Source: Octopus sinensis
Lineage: Eukaryota
Length of the DNA stretch: 64,000 bases
Reading direction: 5' to 3'
Assembly (NCBI RefSeq): GCF_006345805.1
Contig: NC_043002.1
Span: 60,884,001 to 60,948,000 of the forward strand
The notes beneath the pieces were generated by a model. The model was not told where the DNA came from. It made no database searches and saw only the letters and a list, made by a program, of their open reading frames with translations. Positions within the stretch are counted from its first letter, which is position 1. Each line of letters begins with the position of its first letter. The translations under genes and the position numbers were made by a program. Positions 24,347 through 37,811 of this stretch are shown here, piece after piece.

Positions 24347-25576
24347 TGTGTGTGTGTGTGTGTGCATCCATACATACCTACGTACATGTAGTTAAGAAAC
24401 TTGTTTGCAGCTACGCAGTGCTGAGTTCTGCCCCACTGTGATAGCAATAACAGCACAGCGGCAGTATTCATTTCTGCTGTTACTATCTTAGTTTTACCAG
24501 CGCGTAGCGAACGGAGGTACAAAGGCAATATATTACTCTGTGAAGGACAATAAAAGACAGTCCTAATAAATCGTTATCTTTGACGACAACATACAGGCGC
24601 CACCGTTCCCTATCAGTAACGATATTTCTCCTCAACTAAGATCATCACCAACATTATCATCTGCACTACCAACATTCCTATCATTATCACCATTATTTCT
24701 CCAACTTAATCCATTGTCACTTCCACGATACGATTTTTCAATGTTCTCCATTACTAAATACAAACACGACTCCATGATCAAACATTTTCTACAGCTTGCA
24801 ACACTATATTCTTATAATATTCACCAAAAACTGCAGAATGTTGATGCAGTGTACAGAATCTGTTCCCCGTCAACCCAAATGACGTCACCTACTACGTTTC
24901 CGCTTATTGCTACAATCATCTTTATAACATCAACACCAACTATCAGTGGCTACACAGGCTATGCATCAAGTTACACGAGAATGCTAAACATATACAAAAA
25001 CACAACGTCACTCACGTGAACAGGAATAATTCTTCATTTTACCAAAATCAATTCTTCATTTCGACACAACGACAAGAAAATTTATGCCAGAAAGATTTGC
25101 GATTTTATGATATTCATGCCACATTTTTTTTTTTACAGATTGTTAACATAATAGGATGGAATGGATTTTGGCTTCATCGGAAATCGAAAATCGCATTATA
25201 GAGGCGCCGGGTATCGCGGTACGATTATTTTCTGGTCTTGCTATGTGAATGTAATACGTGGACGTTGTTGTGATTTTTATATCTAATTTAGGATAGTAAG
25301 GAAACCTTCAAAAGGTGGGGCGTCGTACACAAAAATTAAATGTGGCTTTCTAGCGATATTCAATAATATTCGTTAGTAAGTTACATAGGGTGTGCGTATG
25401 AGTGTGTAAGTATGTACAGACGCGTGTATAAATTTTTAAGCGAATACACATACGTACACACACAAACGCAAACACATACACACACGCACATACACATACA
25501 CACACACCACACGTATAAGCAAGTATTTGCAAGTGAATATTTAAGTGTGTGTATATGAGTGTGTGTTATGTGTGCA

Positions 25577-25640
<64 letters not shown>

Positions 25641-26034
25641 ACGTATACATACCTCTCTCGCTGTCACTCTCTCTCCTCTCTCTCAGTCATTCTCTTTTCT
25701 TTCTCTCTCTCTCTCTCTCTCTGAGTATGTCTGAGTGTCTGTATTCAGGAAGCTTTCTGAATCAAGAGTCTACAAGAATGTTCGAAATATTATACTATGT
25801 CGATAAACTACCGGAAGAATAACGTAAGACAAGCGATATTTCTTATTATGTATGTGTGTGTGTGTATGTGTGTACGTATATATGTATGTGTGTATGTATG
25901 TATGTGTGTGTGTGTATGTGTGTACGTATATATGTATGTGTGTATGTATGTATGTGTGTCTATATGTATGTATATTTATATGTATGTATATATGTTTGTA
26001 TATGCATGTGTGTGTATATATATATACATACATA

Positions 26035-28584
26035 CTAGCTGACGTACCCGGTAATTTCCGGAAAAACATGGCTTATTCCTTGGTTCTGTTCTCATTATTG
26101 TTTCGCTAATCCAGTAACAACAATACAATGTACGTAGACCTTAAAACGGTTTTTGCGTATTTACAGACAATACCGAACTGTCTTGCCGAGGATCATGTTT
26201 TTAGGAATACCCAATAAGTTATGATTACCCAAATTATAAAGTCAGTTATGTAATAACATGAAAACCCTGGGAGAGTAACTTTCTAGGTGCAATCCCAGGG
26301 TCAGTCATGACCGAAGGGGTTCTCAGTTACCCTATAGTAAGGGTTCAAATAAAGTATCTCCGAAAGGGCTTTAATTCGTTCCCAGAGTATATAGAGTATA
26401 GGAGGAAATACTAATAAGGCATGTATACTAAAATCGGGAAGCATGTTACGTAATAACAGGCTAATCCGATATGAGATAATAACAATTCAAAGTAAATAAA
26501 TCTGGAAAGGGATTTTGTGCGTTCCCAGAGAATATTAGCCTCAGGGGCACTAGTGTTATGTTAAAATAGATTGACTACGAATGTAGAAACAGACTAACAT
26601 TTAGTTTGACAATAGACATACGAATAAATTAGTATATAGATTTTAAAATAAAATAAAATGTAGATTATCAATACATTTACAACACAATTATTACAGTTAA
26701 GTAATAAATACCTGACGATTTGGTGAATCTTATTTAGTTTGCAGAACTTCTTGATAAACATTTTTGCTCTTTCTTTGTGACGCATAAAGGAACAAATGAT
26801 TAGGATTGCTGATGCTTGAGCATCCCATATAAAGTTGGTTATGGGAGAAAACTGGTTCCGCAAGGTTCAGACCTACCACGTTCAAGGACTCTCCCTGGGC
26901 CTTGTTACTGCTAATTGCAAAGCTCAGATTCATCGGGAGTTGCAGGCGCTTGTACTGGAAAGGTATATCCAAAGGAATAAGTGGAATTCTAGGAATGAAT
27001 ACAGGGTCACTACTTGCTTTACCAGTCAAAACTGTTGTCTCCAAAATTGTTGCCATCATCTTCTTTATTATAAGTCGTGTGTCAATTGCAAAGTTTTGGT
27101 GGATCGAGGTTTCGAAGAAGCATAGCTGGTGCCCCAAACTTGAGATACAAGTTACGAGGTGGGGGGCCAGGTGGTGTTAGACTATTCAAGAATTCAACTG
27201 GATAATTCACAGCTTCATCGATAGTGATTTCAAATCATCAACCCCCACATTCTTTGGAGCTAAAATGGCATGGGTTTTCTGCCTGTTGTGGTATGTAAAC
27301 TGGTTCCTCAGGCTAGAACATACTTTATTTAAATCAGATACCATATGTCCAAAAGGCAAGATTATTCGGCCATACTTCTCGCCAACGGAAATGCCATTAC
27401 CGACGTCTAACAGTTGCTCTAAAAAGGTTCTGTCTGCACCATCACCACTTAGCTGCACTTTCATGTTGGTTGTGGGTCTTAGCTTTTGCACACTGCTCCA
27501 TAGGTAGGACGACTTAATGCTGGTATTTACTTCATCAGCCCTTGTCCCCTTTGGAACCACTGGAAGCGTTTGTCTAAGTCTCCTGCAAACATGACAGTGG
27601 CACGTCTCATGAGCCTGGTGTTGTGTCTCAGATCCTGAAGGACCAGGTCAAGAACTTATGGCTCATTGTCACTTCATCCCAGATAATCAACCAGCATTCA
27701 CCCAGAAGTTTGCCTTTTATAGAACCACGACTGATGTTGCAGTTTGCCTTGTCTTCCTTGGACAGGTTCAAAGGTAGTTTGAAACAGGAATAAGCTGTGC
27801 GGTCACCATTCAGTAGAGTTGCAGCTATTCCACTTGACTTGCTTGCGTCTGTTCTATCTCTTGTGTGCCCAGGTATAGTACACAGGGTTCTCTACATAAG
27901 ACAGTGTTCAGGCAACCAGATCACATTGGCATAATCTGAAGAAAGCTGTCAAAGTCTGTCTCATGGATTCAGAACAACGTTTCGAGCATTGTCTTCTGTG
28001 AATTATATACGCTGGCCATTTTCAAGTTGTACAGATAGATTTTAAGAAGGTGTTTCTATATGTAAATAGGGTGGGATCATTGTGCTGACGGTACATCTGT
28101 CTAAAAGCAGAACAGTTCTTCATGCAGCGCTTATCAATTGGCTGAAGTGACACGAAATACATCGTCATTCATGGTATATTCGTGAATAAGTCAATAACCG
28201 AAATAAGTGGATCTATTGTTTAGGAAAATACTCTTTATTTGTTTAAGGGTTTTACTGGATAAATTGCAAAAATAACTCTAACAGTTCAAATACTAAGAAA
28301 TGAGCATACTCAATTTGATTTATACGAAATAATACAGGAAAATGAATGGGTTATTTCCCTTGGATGTTAGAATAAAATATATTAGCTATATATAAGGATC
28401 CATTCCAGGGGCCCCATTATCGATATTTTTCAACAATCTGAGTATGCCATGGGGTTTCCAGATATGCGTCCTACTCATGTGTCATGTTTCATCAAAATCG
28501 ATAAAACGATGTAGGCGTAGTTAGCTATCAACTCCGCAAACAAACACATCCACAAAGAGAATTTCCCAAATATGTAGTAGTGGA
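26035..28584 (-). mobile_element. Helitron, internally deleted, both termini intact
   Basis: Minus strand begins A|TC (28584) and ends with hairpin CCGG-AAATTA-CCGG (26048-26061) plus CTAG|T (26035). Degraded PIF1-like helicase: SSGIAATLLNGDRTAYSCFKLPL (~27770-27840), VPKGTRADEVNTSIKSSYLW (27207-27560), RIPLIP..KRLQLP..FAISSNKAQGESL..FSHNQLY (26730-27137). Confidence 0.9.
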
Positions 28585-28889
28585 TTTTGAAAAGTTATAG
28601 CATATAGACTCGAGGCATAGTTATTATCGCCTCGTGTCTATATGCTAGTCCTTGGCTTTCTGCTGAAGAGGCAACGCCAGTCGTAAATAAATTAATTTTA
28701 TTTACAAAAGATTGCCGAAACTATGCATAGTCCAGAAAGGATAGGGTAAACGTTTTTAGTTCTCTTTCCATTTCAGAATTACAACTATTAGTGGTTTGGA
28801 GTTTAACTGCTCTTTCTAGTGATGTCCTATTATGGCCATCCCTTATATGTTTGAATATATATATATATATAGATATATAGATATATATA

Positions 28890-30775
28890 GCATTACCAGA
28901 ACCTCTACTCCACTGAGAATGTGGTCACCAGGTCTGCCCTCGCCGGCATTCCTGCTCTGCCTGTCATGGAGGAGCTTGACCTGCCTCCAACAAAGGAAGA
29001 ACTGAGCAAAGCAATTGACTCACTCGCTCGGGGCAAGGCACCAGGGCAAGACGGCATCCCCGCAGAAGTCATCCAGTGCGGGAAGCCAGCCCTTCTGGGC
29101 CATCTCCATGAGCTGCTCTGTCAGTGCTGGGAGGAAGGCTCTGTCCCTAAGGATATGCGTGACGCAAACATCATCACACTGTATAAAAACAAAGGTGACA
29201 GAAGCGACTGTAATAATTACAGGGGCATATCACTGCTCAGCACTGTCGGTAAGGCATTTGCCAGCGTGGTCCTGAAGAGGTTGCAAATGCTTGCAGAGCG
29301 TGTGTACCCCGAGTCTCAATCTGGCTTTAGGGCAGAGAGGTCTACAATCGACATGATCTTCTCACTCAGGCAGCTTCAAGAAAAGAGTCGAGAACAGAGA
29401 CAGTCCCTATACGTGGCCTTCATCGACCTGGCTAAGGCGTTCGACTCAGTCAGCAGGGAGGGGCTGTTTGCGTTCCTGGGTAGGATAGGTTGCCCTCCCA
29501 GACTGCTGAAACTCATCACCTCCTTTCACGACGGTATGCAGGGAACAGTGTAGTTTGACGGATCGCCCTCGGAGTCGTTCCCCATCCAGAGTGGAGTGAA
29601 ACAGGGTTGCGTTCTGGCGCCGACGCTCTTCGGAATTTTCTTCTCCCTTGTCCTGTCCTATGCCTTCAGAGCGTCCGACGACGGAGTGTTCCTCCACACC
29701 AGGGCTGATGGTGGATTGTTCAATCTTGCGCGCCTCAGAGCTAAGACCAAAGCCCGTCAGGTGCTGATCAGAGAGATCCTCTTTGCTGACGATGCCGCCC
29801 TAACATCACACAACCAGCCGGGTCCCCAGAGGCTGGTCAGCTCCCTGGCGGATGTCTGCCAAGATTTCGGCCTTACTATCGGCCTGAAAAAGACAGAGAT
29901 CATGGGCCAGGACGTCGGAGGGGTCCCCAGCATCAGTGTCGGCGACCACAGCTTGCAGGTGGTGAACGAGTTCACTTACCTGGGATCGACGGTCTCCAGC
30001 AGCCTGTCCCTCGAGCCGGAGCTGAACAGACGGATTGGGAAGGCTGCTGCTGCCATGACTAAGCTCTCCAGGAGAGTGTGGGAAAACAATATGCTCACAA
30101 TAACCACCAAGATCGCAGTGTACCGAGCCTGCGTGCTGAGCACCCTACTCTACGGCATCGAGAGCTAGACAACATACACCCGGCAAGAATGCTGCCTCAG
30201 CGGATTCCACATGCGGTGTCTTCGACGGATCCTTGGCATCTCCTGGAAGGACCGAGTACCAAACGGAGTCATCCTAGAACAGACTAATATGCCAAGCATG
30301 CATGCCCTCCTCGTGCGGAGACGACTGCGCTGGCTCGGACACGTCTGCCGCATGCAGGACGGTCGCATGCCTAAAGACATCCTGTACAGCGAACTCACCA
30401 CGGGATCCCGACCCAAGGGACGTCCACAGCTACGATACAGGGATGTGTGCAAGCGCGACCTGAGGACTGCCAACATCTGTGTGGACACGTGGGAGGTAAC
30501 AGCTGCTGACCGCTCTGCCTGGCGTCGGACAGTGAGGAAAGGCGTTTCCATGGCTGAGGAAAGGAGAGCCAGCTGTGGTCGGACAGGCGGGCCAGGAGGA
30601 GGACAACTGCAGCAACACCCCACACGTACCCATCGATGTTCGTGTGCAGCAACTGTACCAGGGACTGCCACTCTAGAATTGGACTGTTCAGTCACAGCAG
30701 ACGCTGCTCATCATCAAAGTAGGCCCCCACCCTTGGCGCGACCCATTGTCTATCAAGACAGACGGGAGAAGAGAG
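28890..30775 (+). mobile_element. RTE (BovB-like) LINE, 5'-truncated
   Basis: Same-frame ORFs 28921-29553, 29596-30168 and 30211 onward: GKAPGQDGIP, YKNKGDRSDCNNYRGISLLS, FIDLAKAFDSV, KQGCVLAPTLF, LFADDA, FTYLGS, RLRWLGHVCRM; RTE-type 3' end CCATTGTCTATCAAGACAGACGG. Confidence 0.93.
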
Positions 30776-30829
30776 CGAGAGAGAATATATATATAGTGTG
30801 TTGACTTCCCGATTTTCTAAAATATATAA

Positions 30830-31250
30830 TGACGGGCTTCATCAACCAGAATGAAATGAAGATCGACCTAAATTTTTCTAGATATAATAGTTACGTGAAA
30901 ATAATGGCTATGCCTGGAGTTTTATTGTGTTCCATAACGTAGATCTTCTAAATTTATCAATCATGCCCAAAATATTTCAGACATTGATATTATTCGATAA
31001 GCTATAATATCTATCTCGCTTTACGAAAGTGTCACCTGGGTAAACAAGAATCGAAGCAAGTTGTAGTTTGATTTTGATGGGTAGGAAATCTGTTTTGGAT
31101 TTGTTGTATTCCTGGTGCTTGATGGAGGGTTTTATCGCGATGATGGCTTAATTCTCTTGCAAAATACGAATGGGCAAAGTACTGATTCAAAATATAATAT
31201 TTCATCGCACAACGAATCAGATTTACAAATTCCTGTCGAAAATACCCATG
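30830..31250 (+). mobile_element. Relic of a second PLE reverse transcriptase
   Basis: Translates with stops to ..ISDIDIIR..SLYESVTWVNK.. and GFYRDDGLILLQNTNG (PLE YRDDGL motif). Confidence 0.55.
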
Positions 31251-32239
31251 CAAAAATTAATTATTCCATCATAAATAAGTGTTAATATATTTGTTCTTCA
31301 TCAAAAACTTAATGGTTATTTTACGTCAGCAAGGGATCTAATGATCCCACGACATTCTCCGCATTTCAACCTCCAATGTCTATAAAGTCTCCCATATTTA
31401 TCCTCTTACCTTTGAGTAACGAAGTATTTACCCGCCATGAATGTTTAGATACGATAGGATAGATATACCCAAACGACTAGCTCCCAAACATAGTCATAGG
31501 AAAACAAAAAATTAGTGGCATATTCAATTTTAACTTATACGAGAATATTTAGCCAAGGTTTTTCTCACTTTATTATCATTTTGTCTTCGTAGTGTATATC
31601 AAATTTTTAATAGAAACCACATTAAATTTTCTCACTTTTGTAACGGAAATTTCGCCATTTATGTCAAATCTATTTATGCAAAGCATCTACCTAACAACGG
31701 CAAGGATATCACCAAAAGCGTTGTAATTATATGAACTCTGGAAACTGCACATTTCATCGAAATTGATTCACCATTCTTTTAGTATAATTTCTAAAAGTAG
31801 AATTGAGTAGTGGTTCTCAAACATAGTGGCTCTCACTTGTTTGCATGAAATTCCGGTAAAAATAAAAGAAAGCATCAAACAGATAACGGAAAAGCTATCA
31901 GTATGTCCGTACTCTAACTGAGAGTTGAAAGAACAAAAAAAATCTAATAAATTATTTTTGAATACAATGCGACAAATTTAGGAGAGGTGTGTAGACGATC
32001 ATAATGAAACATAAAAACATGGAAACCGATAAGAACCAAAACTGCCGTTTCGTGATATTAAATTACATGTTTATTTAAATAGAGACTACATTTCTCTACT
32101 ATATTCAAAGAAGAATTAAAGAATAAAAAATAAAACAGGATTCGATATCTATTTGCGACGATGTAGATGTATTCGATACGGAACTGGGTAACGACTTTTG
32201 AAATTTATACCCAAAGTTTATAGAAATCATCGAAACGGT

Positions 32240-32410
32240 ATGTATGTGTATGTACGTATGTATGTATGTATGTATGTATGTATGTATGTATGTATGTATG
32301 TATGTATGTATGTATGTATGTATGTATGTATGTATGTGTGTGTGTATGTATGTATGTATGTATGTATGTATGTATGTATGTATGTATGTATGTGCGTATG
32401 TATGTATGTA
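32240..32410. repeat. (TATG)n microsatellite
   Basis: Direct inspection. Confidence 0.9.
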
Positions 32411-32484
32411 TATATTTATGTCCTCATAAAATGTATGCACACTTGAGATAATTGTAAAGTAGATGTTTATTAAAATACATATAT

Positions 32485-32620
32485 ATATACGACAGGCTTC
32501 ATTCAGTTTCCGTCCACCACATCCACTCACAAGGCTTTGGTCAGCCAGAGGCTATAGTAGAAGACACTTGCCCAAGGTGCCACCATGTGGTTGGTAAGCA
32601 ACCTACTTACCACACATCAA
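32485..32620 (-). mobile_element. SINE family A head and core
   Basis: CGACAGGCTTC..CAGTTTCCGTC..CCACTCACAAGGCTTTGG..GACACTTGCCCAAGGTGCC. Confidence 0.75.
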
Positions 32621-33584
32621 CTCTTGAGAGAATGTGTGGGAGTGTAAGTCTACACAAGCAAAGCAATCTTGTAAATATTGAATTATATTAAATATATATT
32701 GATATCAAACAAAAAAACACTGATTAATTTTTAATAGTAAAAATATACAGTAGTAAAGTGGCGAAAAGGCGAAATCGTTAGCGCCTCTGACAAAATGTTT
32801 CGCAGCATTTCTTCAGCCTCTCTATGTTCTGGTTTCAAATCTCTCCTAAGTCAATATTGCTTTGCATTCTTTCGGGTCGATGTAATCAACTGGTCATCCT
32901 CCCCTTTGTCATTGATGGTCTTGAACTCTGCAAGGAATCGGCATCCCGTGCTAGGAGAAACTTTTGATCTCAGTCACAAGGAAACTGCGCAAACTGCCTC
33001 ATGATTATTTTAAATAATTTAACCCCAAAACTAGCAATTTGGAAGGGGTGAATATAGGCCATTATATCAGCCCCAGTACTAGATTCATGCGTTTTCTCTC
33101 TTTTATTTATTGATTTGTTTTGTTTTACTGGGCCCAGAAAGGATGTATGTCAGCGATATCGTCTGCTTTCCAAATCAATTGGTAAAATGTCGGAATAAAC
33201 AGAGCAAAGTATTTTTGCTTTTTCGAATGTCTAACGATTCTGCCAATCCACTATGTTTCGAAAGAAGTATCTTAAGAGAGATTTATGCAAATATACAGAT
33301 ATATCTCTTGGTAATTTATAAACGCAAACGACATGAATGCCAAAAAAGAGGTAAATGACATACAAATAACTGTAAAAGATTACTTTTGACATAAATACGA
33401 AGCCATAAATTTGAAGTTTGGACGATTATGTCCATTCTTTCCGATTAAGAAATAATTAAATAGCAACTACATAAATAATACTATTGGGGGAAAAATAACG
33501 ACTTGTAAATATGTTCTGAGCAATAAAAATACTACATACTCTACTGTAGACATTATATGTTCTAAAATAATTATCCCTCGCACC

Positions 33585-33631
<47 letters not shown>

Positions 33632-33632
<1 letters not shown>

Positions 33633-34016
33633 AAGCACTCCGTCGGTTACGACGACGAGGGTTCCCGTTGATCCGAATCAACGGAACAGCCTGCTCGTGA
33701 AATTAACGTGTAAGTGGCTGAGCACTCCACAGACACGTGTACCCATAACGTAGTTCTCGGGGATATTCAGCGTGACACAGAGAGTGACAAGGCCGGCCCT
33801 TTGAAATACGGGTACAACAGAAGCAGGAAGTAAGAGTGAGAGAAAGTTGTGGTGAAAGAGTACAGCAGGGATCACCACCATCCCCTGCCGGAGCCTCGTG
33901 GAGCTTTTAGGTGTTTTCGCTCAATAAACACTCACAACGCCCGGTCTGGGAATCGAAACCGCGATCCTATGACCGCGAGTCCGCTGCCCTAACCACTGGG
34001 CCATTGCGCCTCCACA
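33632..34016 (-). mobile_element. SINE family B, long variant
   Basis: Reverse A-box TGGCCCAGTGG and B-box GTTTCGATTCC; body shared with 22722-23012 and 53370-53650. Confidence 0.85.
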
Positions 34017-34265
34017 TGTGGAGGCGCGTGGCTTAGTGGTTAGGGTGTCAGCATCATGATCGTAAGATTGTGGTTTCGATTCCTAGACCGGGCGACGCGT
34101 TGTGTTCTTGAGCAAAACACTTCATTTCACGTTGCTCCAGTCCACTCAGCTGGCAAAGGTGAGTAATGCTGCGATGGACTGGCGTCCCGTCCAACTGGGG
34201 AACACATACCCCATAGAAACCGGGAAACCAGGCCCGTGAGCCTGACTAGGCTTTAAAAAGGGCGC
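34017..34265 (+). mobile_element. SINE family B
   Basis: TGTGGAGGCGCGTGGCTTAGTGGTTAGG..GTTTCGATTCC..GTGTTCTTGAGCAAAACACTT..CTAGGCTTTAAAAAGGG. Confidence 0.85.
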
Positions 34266-34782
34266 ATATATATATGCATATACAAATACATACATATATA
34301 TATAATCATAAATGTATATATTTATATAAATATATATATATATATACATGTGGTACCTTCAGAAAGAGTCTTCTACTGTAGCCTCGAGCCGACCGAAGGT
34401 TTGTGAATGGATTTGGTAGGCGGAAACTAAAAGAAGCCCGTCGTATAGACATATGCGTGTGTGTGTGTGTGAGTGGGGCGGAACTAACGATTTTTCTGAC
34501 ATTGATTGTCCAGATCCTCTTATTATCCGTACTAATTTACAAGCAGGAATTTCCTACTCCCGCGGCTGCCTTACACGTTTATGGGCGACCAAATCTCACA
34601 ACACATGGCACAATACAGTGTAAATAAGCTTATATTATTTATGACAATCTACAGGTAATACATTTTATTATCTAAATAGTTTTGCTTAATATACAGCTGA
34701 CCATTCTTGGTTCATAAAAATTAGTAATCCGAAAAGTCTTTGAAATTGAAGGCTCCATGATATCGATGTTGTACTTGTATGT

Positions 34783-35075
34783 AGGCACAATGCCTAGTGG
34801 TTAGAGCAGGGGACTCGCAGTCGAGGGATCGCGGGTTCGAATCTCAAACTGGGCGATGTGAGTGTTTATGAGTGAAACACCTAAGCTCCACGCGGCTCCG
34901 GCAGAAGGTAATGGCGAACTTCTGCTGACTTTTTCGCCGCAACTTTCTCTCACTCTTTCCTCCTGCATCTTGCAGCTCACCTGCGACGGACCGGCGTCCC
35001 GTCCAGGTGGGGAACCTATACGCCGAGGAAACCGGGAAACCGACCCTTATGAGCCAGGCGTGGCTCGAGAAGGAA
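34783..35075 (+). mobile_element. SINE family B-related subfamily
   Basis: TGCCTAGTGGTTAGAG..GGGTTCGAATCTC head; GGCGTCCCGTCCAG..GAAACCGGGAAACC body. Confidence 0.75.
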
Positions 35076-35804
35076 CAAACAACAACAACTTGTATGTATG
35101 TATGTATGTATGTATATATGTATGCATGTGTATATGTGTGCATATAGCCATGTGTGTATGTGTGTATTTGTGTGCGTCTATGTGTAAAACAGAAATATTT
35201 GTTTATAATTGAGCGAGCAAAGAAGCAAAGACGTATTCTGTCAAGATAAACTTAGTCATAAAATGAAAACATAAATCCTAATGAAATATTTTTATTTTAG
35301 ATATGTTTCGATTAAGGAATATTGAGAAAATTATGAAGAGCACTCAGACAGATTACAGAGACCTCAGACATGATAGAATGTAGACCACAATCCCAACAGA
35401 AAACGTGAATGAAATAGAGTAATCCAGAGCAATCTGACGTCTGAAGACAAAGCATGGTAAAACAAAAAACGCGGGTAAGAAACACCGATAAAAACACTGT
35501 AATTTACACAAAGCTATACACACGTACATAGGACACGCATACACACGCCAAACGCGGAGATGGACACAGACATAGAGAGAAGAGACGGCGTAGAGAGGGC
35601 AAAGTCAAAGAGAAGTGTAGACACGCAATGTGTGAAGAAAAATCTCATGTATTTTCTGGAGTACTCTTTTCAGACGAGCACTCATATATTTGTACCCCAG
35701 CATCACATCGATGGCATGCTCTGCTCTCTCGCTCGCTTAATAATAATAATAATAATGATAATAATAATAATAATAATGATAATAATAACAATAATAATAA
35801 TAAT

Positions 35805-35853
<49 letters not shown>

Positions 35854-35855
35854 TA

Positions 35856-35891
<36 letters not shown>

Positions 35892-35906
35892 TACAATAAC
35901 AATAGC

Positions 35907-35969
<63 letters not shown>

Positions 35970-35971
<2 letters not shown>

Positions 35972-36261
35972 GGAAACCCAAAAATAACAGAAATTCAAAA
36001 GATAGTGCTCATGGGAACTGCTCATATCCTACGCAAAATACTCTCTATGTAATCCCAAGGTTTAAAACAAACTTTTTTTTTTTTTTTTTTTTTTTAAATT
36101 TTATTTTTATGTATTAGACATTCACTAGTACAACACCAAAATAAACAAAAAAAAACAAAAATATGGCACAGAACTTCCAACCTGTTGTCTCTTGAGGTCT
36201 CTGGGTGAGACTTGGAGCCAACATGTACAGACATAAAGCAAAAGTCAAACATATAATAATA

Positions 36262-36314
<53 letters not shown>

Positions 36315-36359
36315 GTAATAATATATAATAATAATAATAACAATAACAATAACAATAGC

Positions 36360-36429
<70 letters not shown>

Positions 36430-36705
36430 GGAAACCCAAAAATAACAGAAATTCAAAAGATAGTGCTCATGGGAACTGCTCATATCCTACGCAAAATACT
36501 CTCTATGTAATCCCAAGGTTTAAAACAAACTTTTTTTTTTTTTTTTTTTTAAATTTTATTTTTATGTATTAGACATTCACTAGTACAACACCAAAATAAA
36601 CAAAAAAAAACAAAAATATGGCACAGAACTTCCAACCTGTTGTCTCTTGAGGTCTCTGGGTGAGACTTGGAGCCAACATGTACAGACATAAAGCAAAAGT
36701 CAAAC
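35970..36705 (+). mobile_element. Two tandem, near-identical 3' ends of an R4/Dong LINE inside (AAT)n
   Basis: Copies at ~35970-36250 and ~36425-36705 encode EIQKIVLMGTAHILRKILSM* plus 3' UTR, homologous to the ORF end at 42930-42977. Confidence 0.85.
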
Positions 36706-36764
<59 letters not shown>

Positions 36765-36787
36765 GTAATAATAATAATAATAATAAC

Positions 36788-37520
36788 ACTGAAAACCTAA
36801 TCATCTCGGCTCAGGACCAGGCATTGAATACCAACTCAGTGAAAAAAGAATATGTACCACACAAGTGCATCGGACCTCTGCAGAATGTGTGGAAAGTGGG
36901 TCGAAAGTGTGATTCACGTTGTTAGTGCTTGTGAAAGACTTGCGCAGAAAGAGTACAAGTGTAGACATGACAAAGTAGCCCAAAACCTCCGCTAGATTCT
37001 ATGCAGTAAGTATGGATATGAGGGTACGGGTGCTTGGTTCCAACATATATCAGAAAAGGTAATGGACGAAAAGGGTAAGGCAAAATTCCTCTGTGACTTT
37101 GATTTGCAGAGAGACTAAGTGTTAGAGCACCGAAGGCTGGATATGGTAACCTTTAGGAGGAACAAACAGGATTGCCTAATAATCGACGTAGCAGTGGATG
37201 GAGATCAATATATCATTATGAAAGAAAGAGAAAAAAGTTGATAAATATGGAGACCTGAGAATTGAGATTGCAAAAAGTGGCAGCTACAAGAGTCGAACAT
37301 AAAATTTATCCCTATTGAAATCGGAACATTGGGTTCAATACCACCCAATCTGAAAAAAAAAACATCTGAAAATCTTAGAAATTCCCTACAATCTAGATGT
37401 ATTGCAAAAGTCGGCATTACTAGAACGGCACGCTTATTGCGTAAAATAGTGTCTGTCTGAGGTCCTTGTTGTGACTTGACAAACAGTACAAACCCCCGGT
37501 AGACAAAATATCTTCAATCA
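36788..37520 (+). mobile_element. R4/Dong-type LINE 3' fragment (separate family)
   Basis: TENLIISAQDQAL..CRMCGK..ESVIHVVSAC..EYKCRHDKVA, then a degraded RLE domain; (AAT)n on both sides. Confidence 0.8.
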
Positions 37521-37613
37521 ACAACCTCACGATATTGTATACTGTGCGATGTCTATAATGATAATGATAATATCAACAACAACATCAACAACAACAATAA
37601 TAACAATAATAAC

Positions 37614-37675
<62 letters not shown>

Positions 37676-37811
37676 GACTGCTCTGAAAGTTCGGTGGCCG
37701 AAAGCCATAGAAACACTAATATGGGCCAGTTTAGCAACGGGGAAAAATAACTCTCAAAGACTGGAACATCTACAATACCTCGTGAGTATTTGAAATTCTC
37801 TTCAAAGTGGG

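Noticed and set aside
34017-34090. tRNA-like heads (also 23748, 34783, 59240)
   Set aside because: A/B boxes are followed by SINE bodies and no complete cloverleaf was found; called as SINE heads, not tRNA genes.
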